Positions 27,178 to 37,636 are shown, numbered from the stretch's first letter. The stretch: 64,000 nt of DNA from an uncultured bacterium (GCA_964607485.1 CAZSKP010000021.1:1-64000), one strand, 5' to 3'. Numbers and translations: made by a program. The notes: generated by a model not told the origin, from the letters alone.

Positions 27178-27759
27178 ATGGAGATAGAAGCTAAGGTCAG
27201 GTTGAAGAATCCCGTCGCACTCCGGGCCGCCCTGACCTCGGCGGGCGCCACTTTCGAGGGAAGGGTGCTCGAAAGGAACTGGCTATATGACCATCCCGAG
27301 CGGAGCCTTGCGGCCGCGGACAAATTGCTCAGGCTCAGAGAGAGCAGGCGAGTGTCGCTCACGTTCAAGGGACCGAGACACGAATCGGAATACAAGAAGA
27401 GAGAGGAATTGGAAATCGAGTTTCCCGACGCCTCGTCCGCAGCATCGCTGCTGAAAGCGGTCGGGTTCGTCATGTGGTTTTACTACGAAAAGATGCGTGA
27501 AACATGGAAGCTCGGTGCCGCCGAAGTCGTGCTGGACGAGCTGCCGCACCTGGGCCTGTTCGTAGAAATCGAGGCGCCGACCGAAGCGGAAATCGAGGAA
27601 GTTGTCAGGAAGCTGAAGCTCCCACACGACTATATCACCTCGACCTACGTCGAGATGCTCGATGAGCTGGCGCCGCAACCGGGCAAGCGTGTGCGCGAGT
27701 TCAAGTTCCCGAGCGGCCACGAGTCCGCCCTCGCGACGGGAGAGGACGGGGCGGCATAG
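27178..27759 (+). CDS. CYTH/class IV adenylate cyclase-like (triphosphate tunnel) protein
   Basis: ExExK motif MEIEAK, LRLR, TFKGP, REELE, YEKMRE, FVEIE. Confidence 0.88.
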   Translation: MEIEAKVRLKNPVALRAALTSAGATFEGRVLERNWLYDHPERSLAAADKLLRLRESRRVSLTFKGPRHESEYKKREELEIEFPDASSAASLLKAVGFVMWFYYEKMRETWKLGAAEVVLDELPHLGLFVEIEAPTEAEIEEVVRKLKLPHDYITSTYVEMLDELAPQPGKRVREFKFPSGHESALATGEDGAA

Positions 27760-27816
27760 CTCACGGGGAAGATCCGAGACACATCTCGACACATATTTGA
27801 CCTGCGAGGAGGAAAG

Positions 27817-28719
27817 ATGGCAGAGCGCAAGAAGAGGAAAGCGGCCGGCTCCACCCGGCGGAGAGCTCGCCCGAAGAAACAGAAGACCGCAATTATCTTT
27901 CAAGGGGGCGCTTCGCGCGGAGCGCTCCAGGTCGGCGCGATGAAGTACCTCGACGAAATGGGCGTCGTGCCCGACATCATCATCGGGAGCTCGATCGGAG
28001 TCATAAACGCCTGTCTCTACGCCACGGGCGGCATCGGCAGGATGGAGGAGTTCTGGACGTCGTTCCGGTCACGCCCGATCGTGAGCGGCGTAAGCGCACA
28101 CGAAAACATTTTTCTCGGCAACTCGCTCCTTTCGATGCGGAAGACCTTCGAGGATATCGAGAGCTATTTTGATTTTCCAGAAATCCTTCACAGCCCAATC
28201 GAGGTCTCCTTCATTCTCACCAACCTCTCCGAGGGCACGGGCGAGTTGAGGTCGAACCGGACCGAGAAGACATGGGAAGACCTTCGGACAATCGCCCGGA
28301 TCGGTTACACGATACCCGGCCTCTTTCCCCTCATAAAGTTCCGGGACGACTACTGGTGCGACGGAGGTTTCGTGTGGAACGTCCCTCTCGAATACGCTCT
28401 CCAAAAAGGAGCCACCCGCATCTTCATGCTGCTGTGCATCGGACGCAGCCTTCCGAGGCAGGACAGATTCAAGAATATCTATGAGGTGCTCACTCGTTTC
28501 TACGACGTCATGTGGGTCCACGTCGGCAGCGGAGGAATACTCCAGCGCGACTTCACGCATGCGATGTACAAGGGCGCGGAGGTACATATCGTGGAGCCGA
28601 GCACATACCTCGAAGGCTTCGGCATGATGAGTTTGCTCACGTTTCACCCGTCGAAGGCGAGGAAGTTCATCGAACTGGGATATGAAGATGCGCGTGAGCA
28701 GCTCGGAGAGCTAAGGTAG
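27817..28719 (+). CDS. patatin-like phospholipase
   Basis: GGASRG, GSSIG nucleophile elbow, DGG. Confidence 0.88.
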   Translation: MAERKKRKAAGSTRRRARPKKQKTAIIFQGGASRGALQVGAMKYLDEMGVVPDIIIGSSIGVINACLYATGGIGRMEEFWTSFRSRPIVSGVSAHENIFLGNSLLSMRKTFEDIESYFDFPEILHSPIEVSFILTNLSEGTGELRSNRTEKTWEDLRTIARIGYTIPGLFPLIKFRDDYWCDGGFVWNVPLEYALQKGATRIFMLLCIGRSLPRQDRFKNIYEVLTRFYDVMWVHVGSGGILQRDFTHAMYKGAEVHIVEPSTYLEGFGMMSLLTFHPSKARKFIELGYEDAREQLGELR

Positions 28720-28739
28720 GAGGGAGACCCTAATAAGAA

Positions 28740-28774
28740 ACGGCCTGCCCGAAGGGACAGGCCGTGCTGTTTTT
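28740..28774. terminator. terminator hairpin between convergent genes
   Basis: ACGGCCTG...CAGGCCGT stem with T-run on the right and A-run on the left. Confidence 0.6.
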
Positions 28775-28784
28775 GTGACCGAGC

Positions 28785-28982
28785 TTACGATTCTTCTACC
28801 TGGATGGCCTCCACGGGGCACTCCTCGGCAGCCTGCTTTATCAGCTCCTCGTTTGCGTTGAAATCCGCGTCGTCCTTCACGGTCGCTTGTTCGTCGCCGA
28901 GCTCGAACACGTCGGGACAGGTGGTCTCGCAGAGGCCGCAGCCGGTGCAGTCTTCAGTGATCCAGACCCTCTCAATTGCCAT
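28785..28982 (-). CDS. monocluster ferredoxin
   Basis: CTGCGLCETTCPDVF...CPVEAI. Confidence 0.92.
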   Translation of the reverse strand: MAIERVWITEDCTGCGLCETTCPDVFELGDEQATVKDDADFNANEELIKQAAEECPVEAIQVEES

Positions 28983-29222
28983 CTTCCAACCTCCTTCTCT
29001 TTTTGGTATTTTGACGAATAATCGTCAGCGGGTCGCGGACGCGTATTATACAGTTTTTCCCCTCGAAGGGCAAGTATTTTTTTCGCGCGCCTGTGATGAT
29101 GCCCGCTCTCATACCATGACAAAAAATAAACAGGCGCGCATGCGTGAGCCTGAAAAACAATGTACGTTCTGAACGGGTTCGTGCAAGGGCTAAAGGGGCA
29201 GGGGAGAGGCCCGCGCCGCCCT

Positions 29223-29453
29223 CTATATTTGTCCGGCCACGAGCGTCTCGGTCGCCTGGACGCCCTGGATGCCACGTATCTGGCGCACCACGAGCCGGGA
29301 AAGCTCGTCCAGCGTGCTGGCCTCTATGATGAGGAGGGTGTCCCAGTGTCCAAAAACGGGGTTGACCTCCACGACACCCGAAATAGTGCTGATTTGAGAA
29401 AGCGTTTTTTCTTCTAATCCGGGAACCAGGCTCAGCAGGACGTATGCTTTCAT
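29223..29453 (-). CDS. stand-alone Lrp/AsnC ligand-binding (RAM) domain protein
   Basis: MKAYVL...GV.EV..VFG.WD....I..IRGIQGV..TETL. Confidence 0.85.
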   Translation of the reverse strand: MKAYVLLSLVPGLEEKTLSQISTISGVVEVNPVFGHWDTLLIIEASTLDELSRLVVRQIRGIQGVQATETLVAGQI

Positions 29454-29469
29454 CGTTCACCTTCCTCTT

Positions 29470-32067
29470 TCACTTTTCAACCTTCTTCCTGAGTTCGACA
29501 AGTTTAGACAGAGCGTCAAGCGGGGTGAGCCTATTGATGTCGAGCTTCCTCAATTCGTCCTCCACGGCCGACACGGGGCCGGGCGCGAAGAGCTGAAGCT
29601 GATTCGACTCCGAACTGCGCCTGAGCTTTCGCCCAGGGTGGCCGCCCTCGAGGTCTGAAAGAACCTGCCGGGCGCGCACGACGACGTCGCCGGGCAGGCC
29701 CGCCAGTTTCGCCACGTGTATCCCATAGCTGTGGTCGGAGCTTCCCTCGATGAGCTTGTAAAGGAATACGACCTGGTTGTTCCATTCCCTGACCGCGACG
29801 TTCAGGTTTCTCACACGGCCCAATTCCTGGGCGAGATCGGTCAGTTCGTGGTAATGGGTCGCGAACAGCGTCTTCGCCTCCACGTTGTTGTGAATGTACT
29901 CCGCCACGGCCCAGGCGATGCTCATGCCGTCGTATGTGCTCGTGCCGCGTCCTATCTCGTCGAGAACGATCAGGCTTCGGCGCGTCGCATTGTTGAGTAT
30001 GTTCGCCGTCTCGTTCATCTCCACCATGAACGTGCTCTCTCCGCCCACGAGATTGTCCGACGCTCCCACGCGCGTGAATATCCTGTCCACCACTCCCATC
30101 CGCGTGCGCCTCGCGGGAACGAAGCTTCCCATCTGCGCCATCAACACAATGAGCGCCACCTGGCGGAGGTAGGTCGATTTGCCGGCCATGTTCGGCCCGG
30201 TTATTATCAGCAGCGAGCCAGCCTCGTCCATGTGAGTGTCGTTCGGGACGAACGGCTGTCCGAGGTTCAACTGCTCGAGAACCGGATGCCTTCCTTCCTC
30301 CACATGTATGCCGAACGAGGTCGTCACCTCCGGCCGGCAATAGTCGTTGGCCGCCGCGATGTGCGCCAGCGATTGAAGCGCGTCGGCCTCGGCGACCAGC
30401 TCTGCGTCCATCTGGATGCGGTCGGCCTGAGCGCACACCTGCTCCCTCAGTGCCTGGAACAGCTCGCTCTCCAGGCCGGCCATCTTCTCCTCCGCCCCGA
30501 GGATGGCGCTTTCGCGCTCTTTCAGTTCGGGCGTGATGAATCGCTCGGCATTGACGAGCGTCTGCTTGCGGATGTAATCGGGCGGAACGAGCGAGAGGTT
30601 GGGCTTGGTGACCTCGATGTAGTAGCCGAAGACCTTGTTGTAGCCGACCTTCAAGGAATTTATGCCCGTGCGCCGTATCTCCTTCTTTTGCAGCCGGGCG
30701 ATCCAATCCTTTCCCTCCCTGACGGAATTGCGCAGGGTGTCGAGCTCCGGGCTGTAGCCGTCCCTTATGATGTTGCCCTCGGTCGTGCTCGCCGGAGGAG
30801 CGTCAACGAGCGCCCTGGCTATCAGCGAGCTCACGTCCTCCAGCGGGTCGAGCGAACTGCTTATCGATTCAAGCAGACCCGAGGATGTTCCCGCGAGCGC
30901 CTGCTTGAGCGGAGGCATTCTCGTGAGAGAATCCTTGAGCGCCACCATGTCGCGCGCGTTGGCCGTCGGGCCCGACAGCCTGCCCAGCAGCCGCTCGATG
31001 TCATGAACACCTTTGAGCGTGTCGCGGACTTTCAGCCTCAGGCTGTTCGACTCGACAAGCTGCGCGACGGCGTCCTGCCTGGCCGTTATGCGCTCGACGC
31101 CCATCAGCGGGTGCGTTATCCACGTCCTCAGCTTGCGGCCTCCCATCGACGTGATGGTTGAATCGAGGATGCCCAGCAGCGAGCCCCTCTTGCTCTTGTC
31201 ACGGAGCGTCCAGAGCAGTTCCAAATTTCGTTGGGTGTTGGCGTCGAGCATCATGTATTCCGACCGCACAAATGGGGCGGGCCGCTTGAGATGCTGGAGG
31301 GAGGCGCGGTAGGTCTCTCCGATGTAATGAATGATCGCTCCGGCGGCCGACGTAGCCATCGGCATATCGTCGAGTCCCAGCCCGGTCAGGGAATGGAGTC
31401 CGTAATGTGAGGTGATGAGGGAAACCGCCTGCGCCATCGAGAATATCCAGTCCTCGACGGGCCTCAGCGCGATGCCGGGGCAGTTCCTGTCGAGGCATGC
31501 CTTCAGCGTCGAGTCCATCTGCGAGGTAGCGAAGAGAAGCTCCGACGGCCCGATCCTCAGCAGCTCCTCGACGATGAGTTCATGGATATTCGCGCCGTCT
31601 CGCTGCGTCGCCAGAAATTCGCCCGTCGAGACATCGGCGAACGCGACACCGATGCCGTCCTCGGATATGCAGGCGGCGGCCAGATAATTATTGACGTTCT
31701 CGTCGAGCAGTTCCGGCTCAAGCACCGTGCCGGGCGTGATGACCCTGACGACCTCGCGCCTGACGATTCCCTTCGCCTGCTTGGGGTCCTCCACCTGTTC
31801 GCACACGGCGACCGTCTTGCCGGCGCGGAGCAGCTTCGCGATGTAGCTCCTGGCGGCGTGATAGGGGACGCCGCACATGGGAACCCTGTCCTCTTTGCGC
31901 GTGGAGTCGCGGGAAGTGAGCGCGATGTCAAGGATTTCCGACGCGATTTTCGCGTCTTCAAAAAACATCTCGTAAAAGTCGCCCATGCGAAAGAACAGGA
32001 TCGAGTCCTTGTGCATGGCCTTGATACGAGTGTATTGTTTGAACATCGGGGTCAGTTCTTCACTCAC
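29470..32067 (-). CDS. mutS: DNA mismatch repair protein MutS
   Basis: GDFYEMF, GPNMAGKST, STFMVE, DEIGRGT, FATHY; clamp-binding QLQLF. Confidence 0.98.
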   Translation of the reverse strand: MSEELTPMFKQYTRIKAMHKDSILFFRMGDFYEMFFEDAKIASEILDIALTSRDSTRKEDRVPMCGVPYHAARSYIAKLLRAGKTVAVCEQVEDPKQAKGIVRREVVRVITPGTVLEPELLDENVNNYLAAACISEDGIGVAFADVSTGEFLATQRDGANIHELIVEELLRIGPSELLFATSQMDSTLKACLDRNCPGIALRPVEDWIFSMAQAVSLITSHYGLHSLTGLGLDDMPMATSAAGAIIHYIGETYRASLQHLKRPAPFVRSEYMMLDANTQRNLELLWTLRDKSKRGSLLGILDSTITSMGGRKLRTWITHPLMGVERITARQDAVAQLVESNSLRLKVRDTLKGVHDIERLLGRLSGPTANARDMVALKDSLTRMPPLKQALAGTSSGLLESISSSLDPLEDVSSLIARALVDAPPASTTEGNIIRDGYSPELDTLRNSVREGKDWIARLQKKEIRRTGINSLKVGYNKVFGYYIEVTKPNLSLVPPDYIRKQTLVNAERFITPELKERESAILGAEEKMAGLESELFQALREQVCAQADRIQMDAELVAEADALQSLAHIAAANDYCRPEVTTSFGIHVEEGRHPVLEQLNLGQPFVPNDTHMDEAGSLLIITGPNMAGKSTYLRQVALIVLMAQMGSFVPARRTRMGVVDRIFTRVGASDNLVGGESTFMVEMNETANILNNATRRSLIVLDEIGRGTSTYDGMSIAWAVAEYIHNNVEAKTLFATHYHELTDLAQELGRVRNLNVAVREWNNQVVFLYKLIEGSSDHSYGIHVAKLAGLPGDVVVRARQVLSDLEGGHPGRKLRRSSESNQLQLFAPGPVSAVEDELRKLDINRLTPLDALSKLVELRKKVEK

Positions 32068-32083
32068 CCGAACGTTCTCCTTT

Positions 32084-33190
32084 TCAGAACAGTCCGCCCT
32101 GGGGCAGAAGGGTGACTTTGAGTCCCGCTTCCTTGTTCAACCGGTCCGCCACGGCGAGCGCGGAGTCCCTCGATTCATAGGGTCCCAGCCTCACCGACAA
32201 CACCTCGCCGCGGTCTCCTTTTCTGGTGACCACATAGGCCTTGTAGCCGAGCTTTCTCAGGCGGGCTATGAGGCCCATGGCCTCGGGTTCCGCCTTAAAG
32301 GTCCCCGCCTCGATTATGTGCGCCCGGTTGCTGACGGAGAGGTCGACCTTCAGCCGCGATGCCAGCCCGGCCAGCTTCTGCCCGACGCTCTGCCGCTGAA
32401 TGGCGTCGGGGAAAACGGAGAGAAACCGGCGATACGCCTGGAAAGCGGCGTCATAGTCTCCGCTCTGTTCGTAGATCTCGGCGATTCTGATGTAGCATCG
32501 AGGCGACGCCTGCTCGGGCGACGCGACATCGGATATGACTCCCCGATATTCGTTCTGCGCCTCAAGGAATTTGCCCTCCTGGTACAGCGCGTCGGCATGA
32601 AGCTCTCTGGCGCGGGTCCGCCACGGCTCATCTCGGTATATGGCGAGATAGACTCCCAGATGCCTCTTTGCGGACTCAGTGTCGCCGTCGAGCAGCATGC
32701 ATTTCGCCATTCGCAGCCCGGCCTCGGCTTTGAGTCCATCCGCCTCGGGGCTCACGTACACCTGGGAGTAGTGCTTCAACGCCCTCGCCCGGTCTCCCTT
32801 GAGTTCGTAAATTTCTGCAAGGCTGAAATGGGCCTGGACGGAGTAGGGACCGGTTGGAAACTCGATGAGAAAGCGGCGAAACTTCACCATCGCGTCGTCC
32901 ACGTTTGTTTCCATCATGGCGTCGAGGAACTGCAGGTGCTCGACCCATCGGCTGTGCGGGTATTCGGAAAAGAACTCCTGGATGCATTCGCGCGCTTCGG
33001 CCCGCTGTTTCGCTTCATAAAGCTCGACACATTTTCGGTAATGCCTCTGGGCGCGCCCGAAGAGGAACCATTGTCCGTATGCTTCTCCGAACGGCAACAG
33101 CAGCATCGCCAGTGAGACCAACATAAGCGCGAGGGCGCGACGATGAGTTTTCATGGTCTCGGGCGCGGATTTTGGCAGGAACCGTTTCAT
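32084..33190 (-). CDS. exported TPR-repeat protein with C-terminal SPOR domain
   Basis: Signal peptide; BamD/CpoB-like repeats (FP.GPY..QA); SPOR motifs AGTF...VRLGPY.SR. Confidence 0.8.
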   Translation of the reverse strand: MKRFLPKSAPETMKTHRRALALMLVSLAMLLLPFGEAYGQWFLFGRAQRHYRKCVELYEAKQRAEARECIQEFFSEYPHSRWVEHLQFLDAMMETNVDDAMVKFRRFLIEFPTGPYSVQAHFSLAEIYELKGDRARALKHYSQVYVSPEADGLKAEAGLRMAKCMLLDGDTESAKRHLGVYLAIYRDEPWRTRARELHADALYQEGKFLEAQNEYRGVISDVASPEQASPRCYIRIAEIYEQSGDYDAAFQAYRRFLSVFPDAIQRQSVGQKLAGLASRLKVDLSVSNRAHIIEAGTFKAEPEAMGLIARLRKLGYKAYVVTRKGDRGEVLSVRLGPYESRDSALAVADRLNKEAGLKVTLLPQGGLF

Positions 33191-33193
33191 CGT

Positions 33194-34597
33194 TTACTCT
33201 TCAGAATCCTTGCGGCGGCGTTCCGCGTCGAGCGTCGCGCCGACCAGTGTCCAGCCGTCGAGGCGAGAGATGCGGACATCGATTTCCCTCCCGATGAACT
33301 CGCGGCCGGCTCGAACGCTCGCCGTCCGGTGTCCCCGCGTGCGGCCGAGCAGATGCCCGGCGCGCTTGTCGTCGGGATGCTCCGGAAGGAGCGATTGGGT
33401 CGTGTTCACAAGTTGTCCAAGCCGCTTCAAGCTAATTTTTTTCTGAAAGTCGAGCAGCGACCTGTGCCGCCTGATTATCGTCTGCTTATCCACCTCGTCG
33501 TCGAGCTGGGCCGCCGCGGTGCCGGGTCTGGAAGAATACTTGAAAGTGTAGGCGCCGTCAAATTGTGCCCGCTCGACAAGCCGGCGGGTCTGCTCGAAAT
33601 CCTCGTCCGTCTCCCCGGGGAATCCGACGATTATGTCCGTCGTGAGGCTGATGTCTGGGACGAGCTCGCGGAGCATCCCAACCTTCTCGAGGTATTGCTC
33701 CGACGAATACCGCCGGTTCATGAGCGTGAGAATGCGGGAGGAGCCCGATTGCAGAGGGAGATGCACGTGCTCGCACACTTTTGGCAGGTCACGGACGGCG
33801 CGCATCAGGTCGGTGGAGATGTCCTTCGGATGTGACGTGGTAAAGCGTATTCTGAGGATGCCGGGAATGTTGTCGAGCATCTCAAGCAGACGGGCGAAGG
33901 TGACGTCTGTCTGAAGGTCCTGCCCATACGAGTTCACATTCTGTCCGAGCAGAGTCACCTCCACCACGCCGCTTCCTGCCAGAGCGGTTACCTCTTCCAC
34001 AACCTCGTCCGGTTGTCTGCTTCTCTGAGGTCCACGGACGTACGGAACCACGCAGTAGGAGCAGTAATTGTCGCACCCGCGCATGACCGACACCCACGCG
34101 TGGATGCGCTGCCGGCCAGAACGCATGGCCTGCAGGCGCTTGGGTTCGGGGCCGTCCTCAGGCGCGGCGACGACCGGGCGTTCACCGTCCTCGACCCGTT
34201 TGAGGAGGGTCACTATCTCTGCCACCGCGTTCGGCCCGAAGACGACGTCCACGTGGGGAAACCGCTCGGCCAGCGCCGCCTTCTCCTTCTGCGCGACGCA
34301 TCCGCCGATGCCGACGATGAGCCCGGGCCTCTTCGCCTTGAGCCGCTTGAGCTGCGACACCCTGCTGTAGAGCCGCTGCTCGGCGTGAGCCCTGACGCAG
34401 CACGTGTTGAAGAGTATCACGTTGGCGGTATCGGCATCCTCAGTCATCGCATATCCGGCTTCTTCCAGAAGCCCCGCCGCCATCTCGGAATCATGCTGGT
34501 TCATCTGGCAGCCGAAGGTGATGATATGGACAGATTTCCCCCCGTTTCCCCCGCGTGGGAGTCGGACTGGGCTCTCGGGATTTCTCTTTTCTTCCAT
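33194..34597 (-). CDS. miaB: tRNA-2-methylthio-N6-dimethylallyladenosine synthase
   Basis: TFGCQMN, NTCCVR..AE, CDNYCSYC, FTTSHP, DIIVGFPGET, TRAM domain. Confidence 0.95.
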   Translation of the reverse strand: MEEKRNPESPVRLPRGGNGGKSVHIITFGCQMNQHDSEMAAGLLEEAGYAMTEDADTANVILFNTCCVRAHAEQRLYSRVSQLKRLKAKRPGLIVGIGGCVAQKEKAALAERFPHVDVVFGPNAVAEIVTLLKRVEDGERPVVAAPEDGPEPKRLQAMRSGRQRIHAWVSVMRGCDNYCSYCVVPYVRGPQRSRQPDEVVEEVTALAGSGVVEVTLLGQNVNSYGQDLQTDVTFARLLEMLDNIPGILRIRFTTSHPKDISTDLMRAVRDLPKVCEHVHLPLQSGSSRILTLMNRRYSSEQYLEKVGMLRELVPDISLTTDIIVGFPGETDEDFEQTRRLVERAQFDGAYTFKYSSRPGTAAAQLDDEVDKQTIIRRHRSLLDFQKKISLKRLGQLVNTTQSLLPEHPDDKRAGHLLGRTRGHRTASVRAGREFIGREIDVRISRLDGWTLVGATLDAERRRKDSEE

Positions 34598-34899
34598 CGT
34601 CAAGAGATTTGTATGCTGGAGCTTACGCGGTAATGGTTCACTCGGAGAGCTGCAAACAAACTCGGAATGGGCGTGCATCCGGCCTGCGTGGAGTGTAGCA
34701 CAGAGGTCTCTCCCATTGCAAGCGCGTTACCGCCGTCCGGAAGGCATTTCGGGGAACCGGTTGCGTCCGCCGCCCCCTCCATCGGCCCGCTCACTTTGAC
34801 TATTGAGCTGTTTCATGGTAAAATACTTCTGAGTAAAGCACTTAGGATGAGCTATTCCAATATGAAGGGAGCGCACAACACCCACCATGGAGGGAGAAG

Positions 34900-35925
34900 A
34901 TGAAGTGCCCCGTTCACAGCGATAGGGATGTAGTCGGATACTGTACCGATTGCGGCGCGTTCGGCTGTGACCGCTGTCTGTCGTCGAAAGGCTCGGGCGA
35001 CACGCTTTGCAAGAAATGTGAAAAGGCCAGGGCCGCCAAGAGCGAGAAGAAGGGGCTCGTCTCGAAACTGCTGGGCGACAAGAAGTCGCCCCCACCCGCT
35101 TCCAGACGCACGCCGCACGGCCGCGCAAGCGTTGCTCGCAAGGCCGCGACAAGCCGGAAGCTCGTCCTCCACTTCAGGAACAAGAAAATCATCAAAGGAA
35201 CGACCTACAAGCTCGATACGCATTCGCTCGGGTTTCACCTCGTGCCCGTCGAACCCGCGGGAAACGACGAGCGGATGTACGTTCATTTTTCCGACCTGAA
35301 AGCCATATACTTCGTGAGAGACTTCGAGGGCAAGTTCGACCCCTCGGAGGCGGTCCATGATTATCCGGCGGAAGGACAGGAGGCCAGGGTCATGTTCGAC
35401 GACGGCGAGATCATCGAGGGCCGGACTCTTCACCATTTCGACCCGTCCTGCCTGCGCTTCTTCATAGCGCCGAAGGAGAACAGGGGAAACAACATCAGCG
35501 TCCTCGTCGAAAGGTCCTGTCTCAAGGGCCTCGAGATAGGCGATTACAAAGAGGGGTCGTTCGCCGAGGAGGAAGAAGTGCTCAACGTTTCCGCTGCCGG
35601 GCCCGCCACCGGGAAAAAGGGCAGAGCTCCGCTCAGCCAGAACGAGTCGATGGGCGACCTCTATTTTTCGATGAAGAACTACGACGCGGCGTTGACTGAA
35701 TACGAGAAGGTCAGGCAGGAATACGCCCACGACAAGCGTCTGGGCTTGAAGATATCCGTCTGCAACTTTAACCGAGGCGTCAACTTCATTAAATCGCGAA
35801 AGTATCTCGAAGCCAAGGCCGAGTTTGAGAAGATAGGCGAAGACGACCCCATATTCGAAAAAGCCAAGAAGAAGATTCGGAAGATAGAGAAGATACTCAG
35901 GGAGGTGGAAAGCATGGGCACGTAG
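34900..35925 (+). CDS. B-box-like Zn finger + DUF6982-like domain + TPR protein
   Basis: CPVH..CTDC..CDRC..CKKC; DLKAIYFVRDFEG and FDDGEIIEG duplicated beta unit; C-terminal TPR helices. Confidence 0.7.
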   Translation: MKCPVHSDRDVVGYCTDCGAFGCDRCLSSKGSGDTLCKKCEKARAAKSEKKGLVSKLLGDKKSPPPASRRTPHGRASVARKAATSRKLVLHFRNKKIIKGTTYKLDTHSLGFHLVPVEPAGNDERMYVHFSDLKAIYFVRDFEGKFDPSEAVHDYPAEGQEARVMFDDGEIIEGRTLHHFDPSCLRFFIAPKENRGNNISVLVERSCLKGLEIGDYKEGSFAEEEEVLNVSAAGPATGKKGRAPLSQNESMGDLYFSMKNYDAALTEYEKVRQEYAHDKRLGLKISVCNFNRGVNFIKSRKYLEAKAEFEKIGEDDPIFEKAKKKIRKIEKILREVESMGT

Positions 35926-36273
35926 CCGGCAGCGGCTTGCAGCGCTTTTCCGGGCGCCGGAGCTTGAAGGAGGAGAAACGCTTGTCTTTATTTCCGAATA
36001 TTATGCCTTCGCTCTCATATTTGCCCTCCCGGCTCGGCGACGGTTGAGTCAAGTTGTTTCACCATTTCCCCGGTTTCCGCAGCGGCGGGATTGGAGTGTG
36101 CGAAGGGCGAATTGCAGAGCAGATTGTGCTTGAATTTGGCGGATTTTGTGCTATAATGAGTCTTCTTGTGAAATTGACTTCATCGAATAAATTCAATTCA
36201 TCTGCCCGTGTGAATCGAAACGCTTTCATCATTTATACTGCTCTCTTGATGAGGGGGAGTGTGGGGAGCACAA

Positions 36274-37005
36274 ATGCGGTATGCAGTCATATGCGATGTT
36301 CACTCCAACCTTGAAGCGTTAGAGGTTGTTCTGGCCGAAATAAAGCGTCAAAGGGCGGATTGCATCGTACATCTCGGAGATATCGTCGGCTACAATGCGA
36401 ACCCTAATGAATGTATCGATATATTCATGAAGGAAAACATCACTTCGATCATGGGAAACCACGATGCGGCCGCAAGCGGGTTGGACGACCCCTTGTGGTT
36501 CAACTCCGCCGCCAAGCAGGCCATCATCTGGACGCGGGGGAAGCTCGACCCCAAGAACAGAAAATATCTGCGCAATTTGCCGGAGCAGTTGATATTCGAG
36601 GAGACGATCCTGCTGTCCCACGGTTCTCCCGAAAACCGGGACAACTACATACTCGACTGGATGGACGCAATGCGTCAATTCGCAGTAATGGAAAAGATGT
36701 CGGTTAACGTCTGCTTCTTCGGGCACAGCCATCTTCCCGCGCTGTTTGCCTTTCGGGGTTTCAACCACGACCTGGCTCAACACGGCAAACACAATCTCGA
36801 CAAGAACAACCGCTACCTCGTCAATTTCGGAGGACTGGGCCAGCCTCGTGACGGCGACGCACGAACCTGTTTCGGCATCTTCGACTCCGAAGAGATGACC
36901 GTCGAATTCTTCAGGCTGAGGTATGATGTGATCAAGTCCGCCAAGAAGGTCGAAAACTCCGGCCTCGACATCTATCTGGCCGAGCGGCTGATGGCGGGTG
37001 TCTGA
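36274..37005 (+). CDS. metallophosphoesterase (calcineurin-like)
   Basis: DVHSN, LGDIVGY, GNHD, HGSP, GHSH, GQPRDG. Confidence 0.92.
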   Translation: MRYAVICDVHSNLEALEVVLAEIKRQRADCIVHLGDIVGYNANPNECIDIFMKENITSIMGNHDAAASGLDDPLWFNSAAKQAIIWTRGKLDPKNRKYLRNLPEQLIFEETILLSHGSPENRDNYILDWMDAMRQFAVMEKMSVNVCFFGHSHLPALFAFRGFNHDLAQHGKHNLDKNNRYLVNFGGLGQPRDGDARTCFGIFDSEEMTVEFFRLRYDVIKSAKKVENSGLDIYLAERLMAGV

Positions 37006-37044
37006 AAGCCGACACATTATCCACCGACGTCTTGGGAGAATCCA

Positions 37045-37632
37045 GTGCGCACGGCAACCATCAAGAGAAAAACAACAGAGACCGACATCGAGGTCAACCT
37101 CGTCATCGACGGCAAGGGCGACTACAAGGTCGAAACCGGCGTAGCCTTTCTCGATCACATGCTTTCCCTGATGGCCAGGCACGGCCTGTTCGATGTCTCC
37201 ATCAAGGCCAAGGGCGACCTGAACGTTGACAGTCATCACACGGTCGAGGATGTGGGCCTGTGCCTGGGCACCGCCTTTTCGAATGCGCTCGGGAACAAGG
37301 AAAAGATCGCGCGATACGGCTCCGCCCGCGTTCCGATGAATGAGGCGCTCGCACAGGTTGACGTCGATATTTCCTCCCGGCCTTTCATGGTGCTCAACGC
37401 CGACCTTCCCAGGACGAAGGTGGGGACACAGTTCGACGCGGAGCTCACCCGCGAGTTCCTGCACGCGTTTGCCAATGCGGCTCAATTGACGCTCCACGTC
37501 AACCTCGTGTACGGCGACAATGTGCACCACTGCATAGAGGCAATATTCAAAGCCCTCGGGCGCGCGCTCTCGCAGGCCGCCCGACTGGACGACCGCATAG
37601 AGGGCGTGATGTCCACGAAGGGGGAGTTGTAG
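37045..37632 (+). CDS. hisB: imidazoleglycerol-phosphate dehydratase
   Basis: FLDHML, DSHHTVED, NVHHCIEA, STKG. Confidence 0.97.
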   Translation: MRTATIKRKTTETDIEVNLVIDGKGDYKVETGVAFLDHMLSLMARHGLFDVSIKAKGDLNVDSHHTVEDVGLCLGTAFSNALGNKEKIARYGSARVPMNEALAQVDVDISSRPFMVLNADLPRTKVGTQFDAELTREFLHAFANAAQLTLHVNLVYGDNVHHCIEAIFKALGRALSQAARLDDRIEGVMSTKGEL

Positions 37633-37636
37633 TCAG

